From: an uncultured Bacteroidota bacterium
Lineage (GTDB): Bacteria; Bacteroidota; Bacteroidia; Flavobacteriales_F; PHOS-HE28
Direction of reading: 5' to 3'
Assembly: GCA_902826215.1 (NCBI GenBank)
Contig: CADEDY010000009.1
Span: forward strand, 52,304 to 116,303
Length of the DNA: 64,000 nt
Below, piece by piece: positions 25,987 to 35,547 of this stretch. How positions within the stretch are numbered: the first letter of the stretch is position 1; each line of letters begins with the position of its first letter. The translations under genes were made by a program, and so were the position numbers. Under the pieces are notes generated by a model. That model saw only the letters and a list, made by a program, of their open reading frames with translations. It was not told the DNA's origin and made no database searches.

Positions 25987-26973
25987 ATGGTCATGCGAAA
26001 ACAACTCCTAACAACACTGCTACTTGGTTCAACACTGCTGAACCACGTCAAGGCCCAAGAGGTCTGCGATCCCATCGTCATCGAGCGGGTGCAGTACAGC
26101 GCGGTGTATTCGAACTACATCGAGGTGCTCGCATACGTCACCAACTCCGACTGTATCGATTACCCCTCTTTCATTCTGCTGAACGACCAAGGCGATACGC
26201 TTGCGGTGGAGGCCACGGACTCCTTCTGCTTGAACTTCGGAACGGCTTCGGCGCACTACTTGGCCGTTCGACCCGAAGCGCAGATCCCAACAGGTTCCTT
26301 CAACACTCGATTGGATCTGTACTCGGGGTTCGGGGCATCCTTGGTCTGTTCGTGGGACCTGAGCGATGTTGCCTTATGTCCGACGGAACCGTGTACGCAA
26401 GCGGAAGTCTACCTGACCAACACCGGTCAACTGGAGACCTTCGAGGCCTACTGGTGGATCTATGATAGTGGAACAAGTGAGCAGATCGCGAACGGGAACT
26501 TCCTCGCTGGTGAAACCGCCACGAACTTCGATACCACCTGCTTGGCACCGGGCCATTATGTGATCGAGTTCTCTCCCTTTTCCCCCATCGACGAGGAGTA
26601 CGTGCTCGGCATCACCAACAATTGGCAGTACTCCATCGGAACCAACGTTGCGCAGCAAGGGGACACTACACCGCTCGATCTGGTCTTCTCTTGGTACGAA
26701 GCTTGTATCGACCTCGGAAACTCGATGAATGAACCATCATCGGAGAATATCCGCATCACCCTACCGAACGACATGATCCAATTGAATGCCCTCAATGGGC
26801 GAGCACTCGGTAGGATATCGGTGCATACGCTGGATGGTCGGCTCGTTGAACAACGATCCTCCTCTTCCAGCAGCGCTTCGCTTTCAACGGACGGGCTCGC
26901 CGCTGGTATCTTCATCATTCAAGCGGTCAATACTTCGGGTGATTCCTTCGTGCAACGCATCTTCATCCCCTGA
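25987..26973 (+). CDS. Hypothetical T9SS type A sorting-domain protein
   Basis: A signal peptide is present (MVMRKQLLTTLLLGSTLLNHVKAQ). A C-terminal Por tail is present (ITLPNDMIQLNALNGRALGRISVHTLDGRLV...GIFIIQAVNTSGDSFVQRIFI). Confidence 0.65.
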   Translation: MVMRKQLLTTLLLGSTLLNHVKAQEVCDPIVIERVQYSAVYSNYIEVLAYVTNSDCIDYPSFILLNDQGDTLAVEATDSFCLNFGTASAHYLAVRPEAQIPTGSFNTRLDLYSGFGASLVCSWDLSDVALCPTEPCTQAEVYLTNTGQLETFEAYWWIYDSGTSEQIANGNFLAGETATNFDTTCLAPGHYVIEFSPFSPIDEEYVLGITNNWQYSIGTNVAQQGDTTPLDLVFSWYEACIDLGNSMNEPSSENIRITLPNDMIQLNALNGRALGRISVHTLDGRLVEQRSSSSSSASLSTDGLAAGIFIIQAVNTSGDSFVQRIFIP

Positions 26974-26976
26974 ACC

Positions 26977-27924
26977 ATGAGCGAGAACAAGAAGCGAGTG
27001 GATGCCGCAGGAAAGTTGGATAGGAGGCACTTCCTCCAGGCTGGATCGCTTTTGGGGCTAGGTTCCTTGCTATTGACCAACAAAGTCTTGGCTGGCACTG
27101 CGGACACCAAAGGTGATTGTGCACCGACCACGGATGACATCCTTGGCCCCTACTATCTCCCTGGATCGCCGAATACCTCCATGGTCGCGCAGGAAAGCGA
27201 AGTGGGTACACGCTTGTTCCTGAGCGGTACGATCCTCAGCAACGATTGCCTCACGCCGGTTGCCGGTGCCAAGATCGAAGTGTGGCAAGCGAACGATGCG
27301 GCGGTGTACGATACCTCGCAGAACTTCAACCTGCGTGGCACGATGTACTCCGATGAGAACGGCCTCTATGCTTTCGAGAGCATTGTTCCAGGCGCCTACC
27401 TCAATGGCAGTCAATACCGACCGAAACACATCCACTACAAGGTGACCAAACCGGGCTTCCCGGATCTTGTGACGCAGCTCTACTTCGAGGGAGACCCGTA
27501 CATCGCTGCCGACCCGTGGGCATCTCAAGCAGATGCTGCCTTGCGCATCATTCCCTTGGCGAGCATCGGCGATGAAGCAATTGAAGGTCAGTTCGACATC
27601 GTGCTAGATGGCTTCACGTCGATCAAGCCGAACCGCTTCGGCTTGGATGGCGATGTACTGCCGATCCATCCCAACCCGATGCGCGATCTGGCCAGCATCC
27701 ACTTCAACGTCTTCCGGGAAGCACGGGTGGAAGTGGTGATCACCGATACCGATGGACGGGAGATCGTGACCTTGATCAACGCCACCAAACCGCAAGGCAG
27801 ATACACCGTGCAGTGGGATGGTCAAGCCGGAGGGTATGGCGGGGCAGTGGCATCAGGCACCTATCTCGTTCATCTGCGCATGAACGGCCAAGTGGTCAAA
27901 AGCCAGCGGATCGTGCGGCAATGA
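26977..27924 (+). CDS. Intradiol ring-cleavage dioxygenase-like protein with an N-terminal Tat signal and a C-terminal T9SS sorting domain
   Basis: A twin-arginine motif is present (DRRHFLQAGSLLGLGSLLL). The dioxygenase core reads ILGPYYLPGSP...AGAKIEVWQANDAAVYD...RPKHIHYKVTKPGFPDLVTQLYFEGDPY. The C-terminal Por tail reads LPIHPNPMRDLASIHFNV...GTYLVHLRMNGQVVKSQRIV. The gene lies 3 nt after the preceding T9SS gene. Confidence 0.65.
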   Translation: MSENKKRVDAAGKLDRRHFLQAGSLLGLGSLLLTNKVLAGTADTKGDCAPTTDDILGPYYLPGSPNTSMVAQESEVGTRLFLSGTILSNDCLTPVAGAKIEVWQANDAAVYDTSQNFNLRGTMYSDENGLYAFESIVPGAYLNGSQYRPKHIHYKVTKPGFPDLVTQLYFEGDPYIAADPWASQADAALRIIPLASIGDEAIEGQFDIVLDGFTSIKPNRFGLDGDVLPIHPNPMRDLASIHFNVFREARVEVVITDTDGREIVTLINATKPQGRYTVQWDGQAGGYGGAVASGTYLVHLRMNGQVVKSQRIVRQ

Positions 27925-27930
27925 TCCCGA

Positions 27931-28332
27931 TCACTTCGCCCGCATCCGGTTGTTCTTCGGATCGTGCGTGAGTTCTGCTAGCCCTAAGGCTTCCATCAGC
28001 GGCGGTACATAGACGCCGAACCGTCCGCGCAAGCCCTTCTTCGTACCGTACCAGCCTTTCACCGGATTGTTCTCGCTCCTGCCCCAGGCCTCTACCGTAC
28101 CGTCCTTGGCTGGCTTTTGTTCATCGGCTCCACCCAGATCCATCCAATCGCCGTGCTTCTTCAGCATGGCGTGCAGGTCACTGATGCATCGGATGTCGTA
28201 GAGCAACACCGTCTTGCCTACCGTACATACCAATACTTCCTTGCCGTCCTTCTCGTCCACGTGCATCGTGTAAGCCGAAGTACCGGGCGGGGTCGTCAAC
28301 TTCCAAGGGGTGTCCTTCGTGCGCTTTTCCAT
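27931..28332 (-). CDS. Hypothetical conserved protein (133 aa)
   Basis: The full ORF has good GC3 and encodes MEKRTKDTPWKLTTPPGTSAYTMHVDEKDGKEVLVCTVGKTVLLYD... It lies downstream of the TetR gene on the same strand. Confidence 0.5.
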   Translation of the reverse strand: MEKRTKDTPWKLTTPPGTSAYTMHVDEKDGKEVLVCTVGKTVLLYDIRCISDLHAMLKKHGDWMDLGGADEQKPAKDGTVEAWGRSENNPVKGWYGTKKGLRGRFGVYVPPLMEALGLAELTHDPKNNRMRAK

Positions 28333-28433
28333 GTTATCGCTTGTGAATGGAGTGGAACGATACGAAGATCATCATTCGCCACGAATAGCGTACGACGACC
28401 ATGGTCACCAAGACAAGGAAGTACCTCGAACTA

Positions 28434-29120
28434 CTAGCCAAGCGTAGCTCGATCCGAACCGATGTACCGGTCGCTCATTTCCATCAGGAAGGCGGCCAGC
28501 TTCCGCGGATCCTTCCTGGTGCTCAGTTCGGTAAGAGCGGGCAAGTGGTGCATGGCGAACTCCAAGGAATGCGACATCTCCACGAGCGTTGTCGCAAACG
28601 AACGTGACGACTTCATCTTCGGCGAGCACGCCTTCAATTCCGAAGCAATGTGCGCACAAAGATCCTTGTACGGTTTGAACAGCTTCAACTCGTTGTCCGA
28701 GTCGACATTCTTGTGCATGAAGGACTTCGAGCCTTCGTTGATCACCAACTCTCGCAGATCAGCGGGGTCCAGTCGACCGGCTAGGGCATCCTTTGGCCAT
28801 AGCCCGCAAAGCACATGAATATCCCCGTGCAGGCGTTCCAAAGGATCCTTCAGCGATTTCCCCTCTTGCCGACAGTGCGTTCCGAGCCATAGCCAATAGA
28901 CCTGGAAATAGTACTGCAGCAAACGCTGCTTGTTGGCGAAGTAGTGGTATACCGTCACTTCCGTACAACCGATGTGTTCGGCGAGTTTCTTGAAGGTGAA
29001 GGCTTCCAGCCCCAATTCGTTGAGCAGTTCCAGCCCTTCGTGAACGATCCGCACACCCATGGTACTGGTCGTATCGCGCAATACAAGTCCGGGGTCGGGT
29101 TCGATCAGGTATCGGGGCAT
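28434..29120 (-). CDS. TetR/AcrR-family transcriptional regulator
   Basis: An N-terminal HTH is present (GVRIVHEGLELLNELGLEAFTFKKLAEHIGCTEVTVYHYFANKQRLL). The gene is divergent from the ABC/HlyD/TolC operon. The start is the internal Met of track ORF 28434-29144. Confidence 0.7.
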   Translation of the reverse strand: MPRYLIEPDPGLVLRDTTSTMGVRIVHEGLELLNELGLEAFTFKKLAEHIGCTEVTVYHYFANKQRLLQYYFQVYWLWLGTHCRQEGKSLKDPLERLHGDIHVLCGLWPKDALAGRLDPADLRELVINEGSKSFMHKNVDSDNELKLFKPYKDLCAHIASELKACSPKMKSSRSFATTLVEMSHSLEFAMHHLPALTELSTRKDPRKLAAFLMEMSDRYIGSDRATLG

Positions 29121-29197
29121 GGCACAAATGTAGGATAACATCATTTGTGTTTTGTGTTACACCATTTATTTATAGCATTACTATATTTGCGGTCATC

Positions 29198-30859
29198 ATG
29201 CATGCGATCACTCCTTGGCAGCGGCTCGTGAACCTTCTTCGCTTGGACAAGCGGGAACTTGGGCACATCTACCTATACGCCCTTGTTGGCGGTGCCATCA
29301 GCCTCAGTGTACCTCTTGGCATCCAGGCCATCATCAATCTGATCAGTGGAGGTCAAGTGGCGACAAGCTGGGGAGTGCTCATCGCCTTCGTCACCATCGG
29401 CGTGGGGTTCACCGGTGCCATGCAGATCATGCAGATCGCCTTGGCGGAGATCATCCAACAGCGGCTATTTGCGCGCAGTGCCTTCGAATTCGCTTATCGG
29501 ATGCCACGGATAAAGGCCGATGCCGTGAGTGGTCGTTACCTACCCGAGTTGGTGAACCGCTTCTTCGATACCATCACCGTTCAGAAGGCATTGAGCAAGC
29601 TGCTCCTGGATATTCCTCTCGCCGCATTGACTATTGTGCTCTGCCTCGTGCTGTTGACCCTCTATCATCCATTCTTCATCGCCTTCGGACTTCTGCTGGT
29701 GGTCGTTCTGTACCTCATTTTCCGCTTGACCGGTAAGCGGGGTCTAAGCACCAGCATGGAAGAAAGCTCCTACAAGTACCAGGTCGCGCATTGGCTGGAG
29801 GAGTTGGGACGTAGCGCGAACACCTTCAAGCTCGTCGGCGAAACAACCTTGCCGGGCACCCGCACCGATGAATTGGTGGACGGCTACATCAAAGCCCGTC
29901 GATCACACTTCAAGGTGCTGCTCGGGCAGTATTCCGCCATGGTACTCTTCAAGGTCCTGATCACCTTGAGCTTGTTGGCACTGGGCGGCATGTTGGTGAT
30001 GCAGGAGCAGATGAACCTTGGCCAGTTCGTGGCTGCGGAGATCGTCATTCTGCTCTTGATCGGTGCCGTGGAGAAGATCGTCATGAGCATTGAGAGCATC
30101 TACGATGTGCTCACCGCCTTGGAGAAGATCGGCGCGGTCACAGACCTTGAATTGGAGCGCTCGGCGGGCTTGCGGGTATTGGACCCCAATGCACCTTCGG
30201 GTCTGGAGGTGCGTGTATCCGGGCTGGGTTTCCGCTCACAATGGAACGAAAGCCCGGTGCTGGATGGAGTGGATCTTCACCTTCGACCGGGTGAGAAGGT
30301 GTGCTTGAACGGTCCGAACGGCTCTGGTAAGACCACCCTGCTGCGCATACTTGGAGGTGCGGTCGAGGCGCATGCCGGGAACGTTCAGTACGACGGTCAT
30401 CCACTGAACAGCTTGGATCTTGATCAGGTACGTTCGATCATCGGTGATAGTTTGAACGACGAAGATGTGTTTGCTGGAACGGTGCTGGAGAACATCGTCG
30501 TCGGCCGCTCTTGGGTCAGCGAGGCGGATGTGACACAAGCCTGCAAGGTCACCGGTCTATTCGATCATCTCGCGAAGTTGCCGAATGGGTTGCTGACGCG
30601 CTTGGATCCGCAAGGATCACACTTGCCGAAGAGCCTTGTGAAGCGCATCATCCAGGCCCGCTGCATCGCTGGAAGGCCCCGGTTCATTCTAATGGAGGAC
30701 AGCCTGCAGAATTGGGACCGTGCCGACCGTGAGCAACTGTTGGGTTGGATCAGTGCACCTGAGCGACCGTGGACCTTACTGGCCGTGAGCAACGACCCGT
30801 GGCTGCAACAACGCTGCGCGCGCACCATCGAACTCCGTGATGGACGACTGACCCCTTGA
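29198..30859 (+). CDS. ABC transporter, fused permease/ATP-binding exporter (type I-secretion-like, no N-terminal C39 peptidase domain)
   Basis: Six transmembrane helices are followed by an NBD carrying Walker A (LNGPNGSGKTTLLRILGG), a signature-like segment and Walker B (FILMEDSLQ). The start is the internal Met (MHAITPWQRLVNLLRL). Confidence 0.8.
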   Translation: MHAITPWQRLVNLLRLDKRELGHIYLYALVGGAISLSVPLGIQAIINLISGGQVATSWGVLIAFVTIGVGFTGAMQIMQIALAEIIQQRLFARSAFEFAYRMPRIKADAVSGRYLPELVNRFFDTITVQKALSKLLLDIPLAALTIVLCLVLLTLYHPFFIAFGLLLVVVLYLIFRLTGKRGLSTSMEESSYKYQVAHWLEELGRSANTFKLVGETTLPGTRTDELVDGYIKARRSHFKVLLGQYSAMVLFKVLITLSLLALGGMLVMQEQMNLGQFVAAEIVILLLIGAVEKIVMSIESIYDVLTALEKIGAVTDLELERSAGLRVLDPNAPSGLEVRVSGLGFRSQWNESPVLDGVDLHLRPGEKVCLNGPNGSGKTTLLRILGGAVEAHAGNVQYDGHPLNSLDLDQVRSIIGDSLNDEDVFAGTVLENIVVGRSWVSEADVTQACKVTGLFDHLAKLPNGLLTRLDPQGSHLPKSLVKRIIQARCIAGRPRFILMEDSLQNWDRADREQLLGWISAPERPWTLLAVSNDPWLQQRCARTIELRDGRLTP

Positions 30860-30863
30860 CCCG

Positions 30864-32198
30864 ATGCTGAACATCAGTCCACATAACCGCGTGCCCGAAC
30901 AGGGGCGCTTCCATTCGCAAGCCTTCAGGACCATTGGTGAAGCACAAGCCGATCGCCTCTTCGCCCGATGGGTGATCGCGATCAGCGCCGTCATGCTCAT
31001 CGGCCTGTTCCTTCCTTGGACACAGAACATCCGTGCGCGTGGAACGCTTACCAGCCTCTCGCCCGATCAGCGCCCACAGACCATACACGCTATCATTCCC
31101 GGCCGATTGGAGGAGTGGTTCGTGCAGGAAGGCCAACGGGTCCAGAAAGGCGACACCATCCTTCGCCTGAGCGAGGTGAAGCCGGAGTATTTCGATCCAT
31201 TGCTACTTGATCGCACCCAGGATCAGATCACGGCGAAGGAACTCACCGCAAAGAGCTACGACGAGAAGGTGCATTCGCTTGACGCACAGATCGATGCGCT
31301 CAATGCCGGGTTGCGGATCAAGTTGGAGCAAGCCCAGAACAAGATCATCCAAGCGGGTCTGAAACTGCAGAGCGACAGCATCCGTGTCATCGCGGCACGC
31401 ACCGAGATCAAGGTAGCCGACGATCAATACGCCCGTGGCGATCAACAGTTCAAGGAGGGTTTGGTGAGCAAGGTGGAACTCGAAAGGCGACAGGTGGCCC
31501 AGCAACGGGCGAACGCAACCTTGATCGATGCCGAGAACAAGCTGCTCGATGCGCGGAACGAATTGCTGAACGCTCGTCTGGAGATCTCCGGTATTCGCAA
31601 TGACTATCGCGACAAGTTGAGCAAGGCCGAAAGCGAGAAGTTCGCGAGCATGAGCCAGATGTACACCACCGAAGGCGAAGTGAGCAAGATGCAAGTGGAT
31701 CTCGCGAACTACACGGTGCGAGCAGGCAACTACTATGTAACGGCACCTCAGGAAGGCTTCATCACCAAAGCGGTCGTGACCGGTCTTGGTGAAACGGTGA
31801 AGGAAGGCGATCCCTTGGTGAGCGTGATGCCCGCGCGCTTCGACCTTGCTGTGGAATTGTACGTGCGACCCATGGACATGCCACTCATTGCTACGGGCCA
31901 GAAAGTCCGCTTCATGTTCGATGGTTGGCCCAGCGTGGTCTTCAGTGGTTGGCCGAACAGCAGCTTCGGAACCTTCGGAGGAACCGTTGTGGCGATCGAC
32001 AACTTCATCAGCCCGAACGGGAAGTACCGGATCCTTGTTGGACCTAGCAGCGACGAACAGGCGTGGCCGGAAGCGTTGCGTGTGGGAGGTGGTGCGGTGG
32101 GGTTCGCACTCATGAGCGATGTGCCGATCTGGTACGAATTGTGGCGGCAGATCAACGGGTTCCCGCCCGACATGTACGCCGAACCCAGTGCCAAATGA
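30864..32198 (+). CDS. HlyD-family membrane-fusion (periplasmic adaptor) protein
   Basis: An N-terminal transmembrane anchor is present (WVIAISAVMLIGLFLPW). A long coiled-coil follows, then a C-terminal beta-barrel domain. The gene lies 4 nt after the ABC gene. Confidence 0.8.
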   Translation: MLNISPHNRVPEQGRFHSQAFRTIGEAQADRLFARWVIAISAVMLIGLFLPWTQNIRARGTLTSLSPDQRPQTIHAIIPGRLEEWFVQEGQRVQKGDTILRLSEVKPEYFDPLLLDRTQDQITAKELTAKSYDEKVHSLDAQIDALNAGLRIKLEQAQNKIIQAGLKLQSDSIRVIAARTEIKVADDQYARGDQQFKEGLVSKVELERRQVAQQRANATLIDAENKLLDARNELLNARLEISGIRNDYRDKLSKAESEKFASMSQMYTTEGEVSKMQVDLANYTVRAGNYYVTAPQEGFITKAVVTGLGETVKEGDPLVSVMPARFDLAVELYVRPMDMPLIATGQKVRFMFDGWPSVVFSGWPNSSFGTFGGTVVAIDNFISPNGKYRILVGPSSDEQAWPEALRVGGGAVGFALMSDVPIWYELWRQINGFPPDMYAEPSAK

Positions 32199-33655
32199 GG
32201 GTCCTCTTCCCACTTGGTCGGACTTCAGGCATGCTCGCGCACAGGTTCCTGGCTTTCGCTACGAGCCTGACCGGTTTGTTCATGGTCGCATCGTCTGCCG
32301 CACAGGACTCGACCTTACTGACCCGGGAGGCCTTCGTCCAAGTTGTACTGAACAACCACCCGGTAGCACGACAGGCTGCGCTTCGCCCGGAATTGGGCGA
32401 GGCCTCCGTGCGCAGCGCACGAGGTGGATTCGACCCGATGGCGATCGCTACGTATGATGAAAAGCGTTTCGACGAGAAGAGCTACTTCCGGTTGTTCGAT
32501 GCCGGATTGAAGGTTCCTACGTGGTATGGTGTGGAACTCTTCGCAGGTGTACAACAGAACAGCGGTGACTTCCTGGATCCGCAGGCGACCACACCCGGTG
32601 ATGGATTGCTCAAGCTCGGAGGTCAAGTGAGCGTGGGCCAAGGCCTCTTCATCGACCAGCGCCGCGCAACCCTGCGGAAGTCGCAAGCCTATCTACGTGC
32701 CACACGCGCGGAACAAGAACAGATGCTCAACGACCTGTTGTTGCTGGCCTTGAGCGACCACACCGACTGGGTGGCCGCCTACCTCGCGTTGCAGGTGAGC
32801 AATTCGGCGGTCGGTCTGGCTTCGGAGCGGCTAGCGGCCGTGCGAGGCAGTTGGCGTGGTGGTGATCGGCCAGCGATCGATACGCTCGAGGCCTTCCTCC
32901 AGGTCCAGGATCGACAAATGCGTCAACAGCAGGCGACGCTCGCTTTCCGGAACGCGAGCCTTCGTTTGAGCAACCACCTTTGGGACGATGTGCAACAGCC
33001 GGTGGAGATCCAACCCAATGTGGTCCCCGACCCTATGGATCTTCGCTCTCCGGGTGCGTTCGCGCTAGCCGATACCTCCATACAGCATGTCGTGACCAAC
33101 CACCCCTTCCTGCTGCAAGCCGGTGCGCGTATCGATCAATTGGAGATCGATCGCAGGCTTCGAGGAGAGCTCCTGAAACCTGAACTCGATCTGAAATACC
33201 AGTGGCTCGGGAACGGGGCCGCCGTGAACGATGAAGGCGGAACGCTATTGGGCGATGGTCATCAGTTCGGCGTCGGTTTCCAAATGCCACTCTTCCTTCG
33301 ACGAGAACGCGGCGAACTTTCACTGGCCCAACTGCGGCAGCAGGATGCTTCGCTGGCCCTGGAACGCGATCGCTTACGCATACGGAACCGCATTCGGGAG
33401 CGGGCGAATGACATCGAGGTCTTCGGTAGCCAAGTGCGACTGGGTGCGGAAATGGTCGTGAACTACGAACGGATGCTCTCCGGAGAGAACCAGCGCTTCA
33501 TGGCAGGCGAGAGTTCCCTGTTCCTGATGAATGGACGTGAGGTGCCCCTGATCGATGCCCGCATTCGACAAGTCGAATTGGAGGCCCGCCTCCGCAAGTC
33601 CTACTTCAGTCTCGACCATGAAGCCGGCACGCTCTGGCGAAGCTGGCAACGATGA
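32195..33655 (+). CDS. TolC-family outer-membrane efflux protein
   Basis: Internal Met of track ORF 32063-33655 with ATGA overlap onto the HlyD stop. A signal peptide is present (MRVLFPLGRTSGMLAHRFLAFATSLTGLFMVASSAAQD). Two OEP-type repeats with coiled-coil segments follow. Confidence 0.75.
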   Translation: MRVLFPLGRTSGMLAHRFLAFATSLTGLFMVASSAAQDSTLLTREAFVQVVLNNHPVARQAALRPELGEASVRSARGGFDPMAIATYDEKRFDEKSYFRLFDAGLKVPTWYGVELFAGVQQNSGDFLDPQATTPGDGLLKLGGQVSVGQGLFIDQRRATLRKSQAYLRATRAEQEQMLNDLLLLALSDHTDWVAAYLALQVSNSAVGLASERLAAVRGSWRGGDRPAIDTLEAFLQVQDRQMRQQQATLAFRNASLRLSNHLWDDVQQPVEIQPNVVPDPMDLRSPGAFALADTSIQHVVTNHPFLLQAGARIDQLEIDRRLRGELLKPELDLKYQWLGNGAAVNDEGGTLLGDGHQFGVGFQMPLFLRRERGELSLAQLRQQDASLALERDRLRIRNRIRERANDIEVFGSQVRLGAEMVVNYERMLSGENQRFMAGESSLFLMNGREVPLIDARIRQVELEARLRKSYFSLDHEAGTLWRSWQR

Positions 33656-33665
33656 TCCCTACGCC

Positions 33666-33980
33666 ATGATCCACGTGACCTTCCAGACCCGCACCGTTGA
33701 CGCTGCCGAGCGCTTGGCCGTTCAGCTCATGCAACGCAAGCTCTTGCTCTTTCCCACCATGGATACCGATCACGAAGAACTGCTCTTCGCGGATGGTGTG
33801 CTCACACGCACGAGCCAACTCCTCCTGCAGGGCATGAGCAAGGCGCTGCTCTATCGTGAACTGGAACGGAACGCGATGGAATTGCTCGGTGATGACCTGG
33901 TGCGCATGCACGCCGTCCCGATCACCAACATGGACCCGGAGGCGCAACGTCAATTGCTCGAGCAGACCGTTCAGCCTTGA
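33666..33980 (+). CDS. CutA1-like divalent-cation-tolerance family protein (tentative)
   Basis: The roughly 104 aa product, MIHVTFQTRTVDAAERLAVQLMQRKLL...ALLYRELERNAMELLGDDLVRMHAVPI, follows the CutA pattern loosely. It lies 10 nt after TolC. Confidence 0.45.
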   Translation: MIHVTFQTRTVDAAERLAVQLMQRKLLLFPTMDTDHEELLFADGVLTRTSQLLLQGMSKALLYRELERNAMELLGDDLVRMHAVPITNMDPEAQRQLLEQTVQP

Positions 33981-34150
33981 CCGAGCGGATCCGCCCCTGC
34001 GCGCCGTTGAATGCGCCATGGGAGCAACCTTCTTCCGCCGGGCCCAACGGGGCTTCACATACAAGCGAATGTCGGCCCCAGCTTCTTGTGCGGATCCTTC
34101 ACACCTTCCGGCGTTCCGTCCTTGGCGGCTTGGAAGTATCTTGCGGTCCC

Positions 34151-34537
34151 ATGAAACGCCTGTGTTCGCTCTTCTTGCTCGCACCATTCCTGCTTCCTTC
34201 CTGCAAGACCGAGGTGAAGGAATACACCGCTACGCTGGATGCGCGTTGTTACGACTGCATCGTGCAGTACGCAGCGGGTGCGGATCGCGGTATTCGCGAT
34301 ACCCTTACCGGAAGCGTGAACGCAGCCACGGGCGACACCTTCACGGAAGCTGGTCAATACCGCTTGGTGATGCGTGAGGGTGAAGAGATCTTCTTCAGGG
34401 CCTGTCGGATGCGTCCGGATTCCGCGGCATTCGGCGATATCGTCCTGAACGTATCGGGCGATGTGCAACCTCTATCCACGACGGTGGACCGCAATACGGA
34501 GTGCGCCGTGATCAGCCAGCCGGTACAATTCAAGTAG
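34151..34537 (+). CDS. Hypothetical lipoprotein
   Basis: Internal Met of track ORF 33977-34537. A lipobox is present (MKRLCSLFLLAPFLLPSCKTE). Confidence 0.5.
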   Translation: MKRLCSLFLLAPFLLPSCKTEVKEYTATLDARCYDCIVQYAAGADRGIRDTLTGSVNAATGDTFTEAGQYRLVMREGEEIFFRACRMRPDSAAFGDIVLNVSGDVQPLSTTVDRNTECAVISQPVQFK

Positions 34538-34542
34538 ACGAT

Positions 34543-35547
34543 CTATTCGTGGTCGCGTCCGTAGCCCTTTCGGCTTTCATCGAACAACTCCTGCTCGGCC
34601 TTGAGCACCAGTTTGAGGCTATCGCTCACATCCTTGTCCTCGAAGCGCTCCAGATCCGGTGATCCGGCCGCCACCCAGGCGCTGTACCACATGTTGCCCA
34701 AGGAAAGTATGGATTGGTTCATGCGTCGTTCCACCATGCCACCCATCGCGTCTTCGTAAGACTTGGCGAATTCGCGTGAATACATACGCATGCCACCGCG
34801 CCCGCGATCCTCGAATACGTACTTCTGATCCTCGGGGAAGGTCTCGCTGAGCCGCTTCTCGATGGCCAGCACACTGTCCAGTTCCATGTGGCTATCGTGC
34901 ACGGCTTCCCAGGCCGCATCCAGCGGACGGTCGATGTAGGTCGCACGCCCGACAAGGTGATCGTAACTATCGGCGCTCAGCTCGGGGATCCGGCTTTCCC
35001 AAAAGGCATGGATGCCGTACTGGTTCGTCAACTGCCCGTTGTAGTTCTCCGTGGTGTGAAGAGGCACGTGTGCATCAGCCACGTAGTGACCCAGATCCGC
35101 ACTGTTCGTGAGTATCCGGTCCACATCGCCGCGTGCAAAGGCCTTCACCAACCGACCGAACATGACATCGATGTGCCACGGCACGATACCGTAGGCTTGC
35201 AAGGTATCCTCGCTGTACTTGCTCACCGCATCGTTCCACTTCCGAGGCATCTCGCGGAAGACATCCGTCCCTCCTTCCGCATAATGGTCGATGTCGATGT
35301 AATGCCGTTGCGCTTCGCCTTCCACCGCATACCGTCGGCGATCCGGATCCACGGCGTGGTCGCTGATGAAATCGATGTGGCGCTTGTAGAAACCGAACAT
35401 CTCCGGCGGTAGTGTGAAGCAGGCCATGCGGTTGATGCGTTTGTGACCGTAGAAGCCCCATGCATGCGCTGGTTCAATCACCTCCACCGGCAACAGGATC
35501 AACAGCCCGATAAGGCCGACCAGGACGATGAGGGTTCGGCGGATCAT
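34543..35547 (-). CDS. S1/P1 nuclease-like / zinc-dependent phospholipase C-family protein (secreted)
   Basis: A signal/anchor helix is followed by the family-defining N-terminal WGFYGHKRINRMA. His/Asp-rich metal ligands are present (DPDRRRY...HYIDIDHY, HVPLHTTENYNG). Confidence 0.65.
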   Translation of the reverse strand: MIRRTLIVLVGLIGLLILLPVEVIEPAHAWGFYGHKRINRMACFTLPPEMFGFYKRHIDFISDHAVDPDRRRYAVEGEAQRHYIDIDHYAEGGTDVFREMPRKWNDAVSKYSEDTLQAYGIVPWHIDVMFGRLVKAFARGDVDRILTNSADLGHYVADAHVPLHTTENYNGQLTNQYGIHAFWESRIPELSADSYDHLVGRATYIDRPLDAAWEAVHDSHMELDSVLAIEKRLSETFPEDQKYVFEDRGRGGMRMYSREFAKSYEDAMGGMVERRMNQSILSLGNMWYSAWVAAGSPDLERFEDKDVSDSLKLVLKAEQELFDESRKGYGRDHE

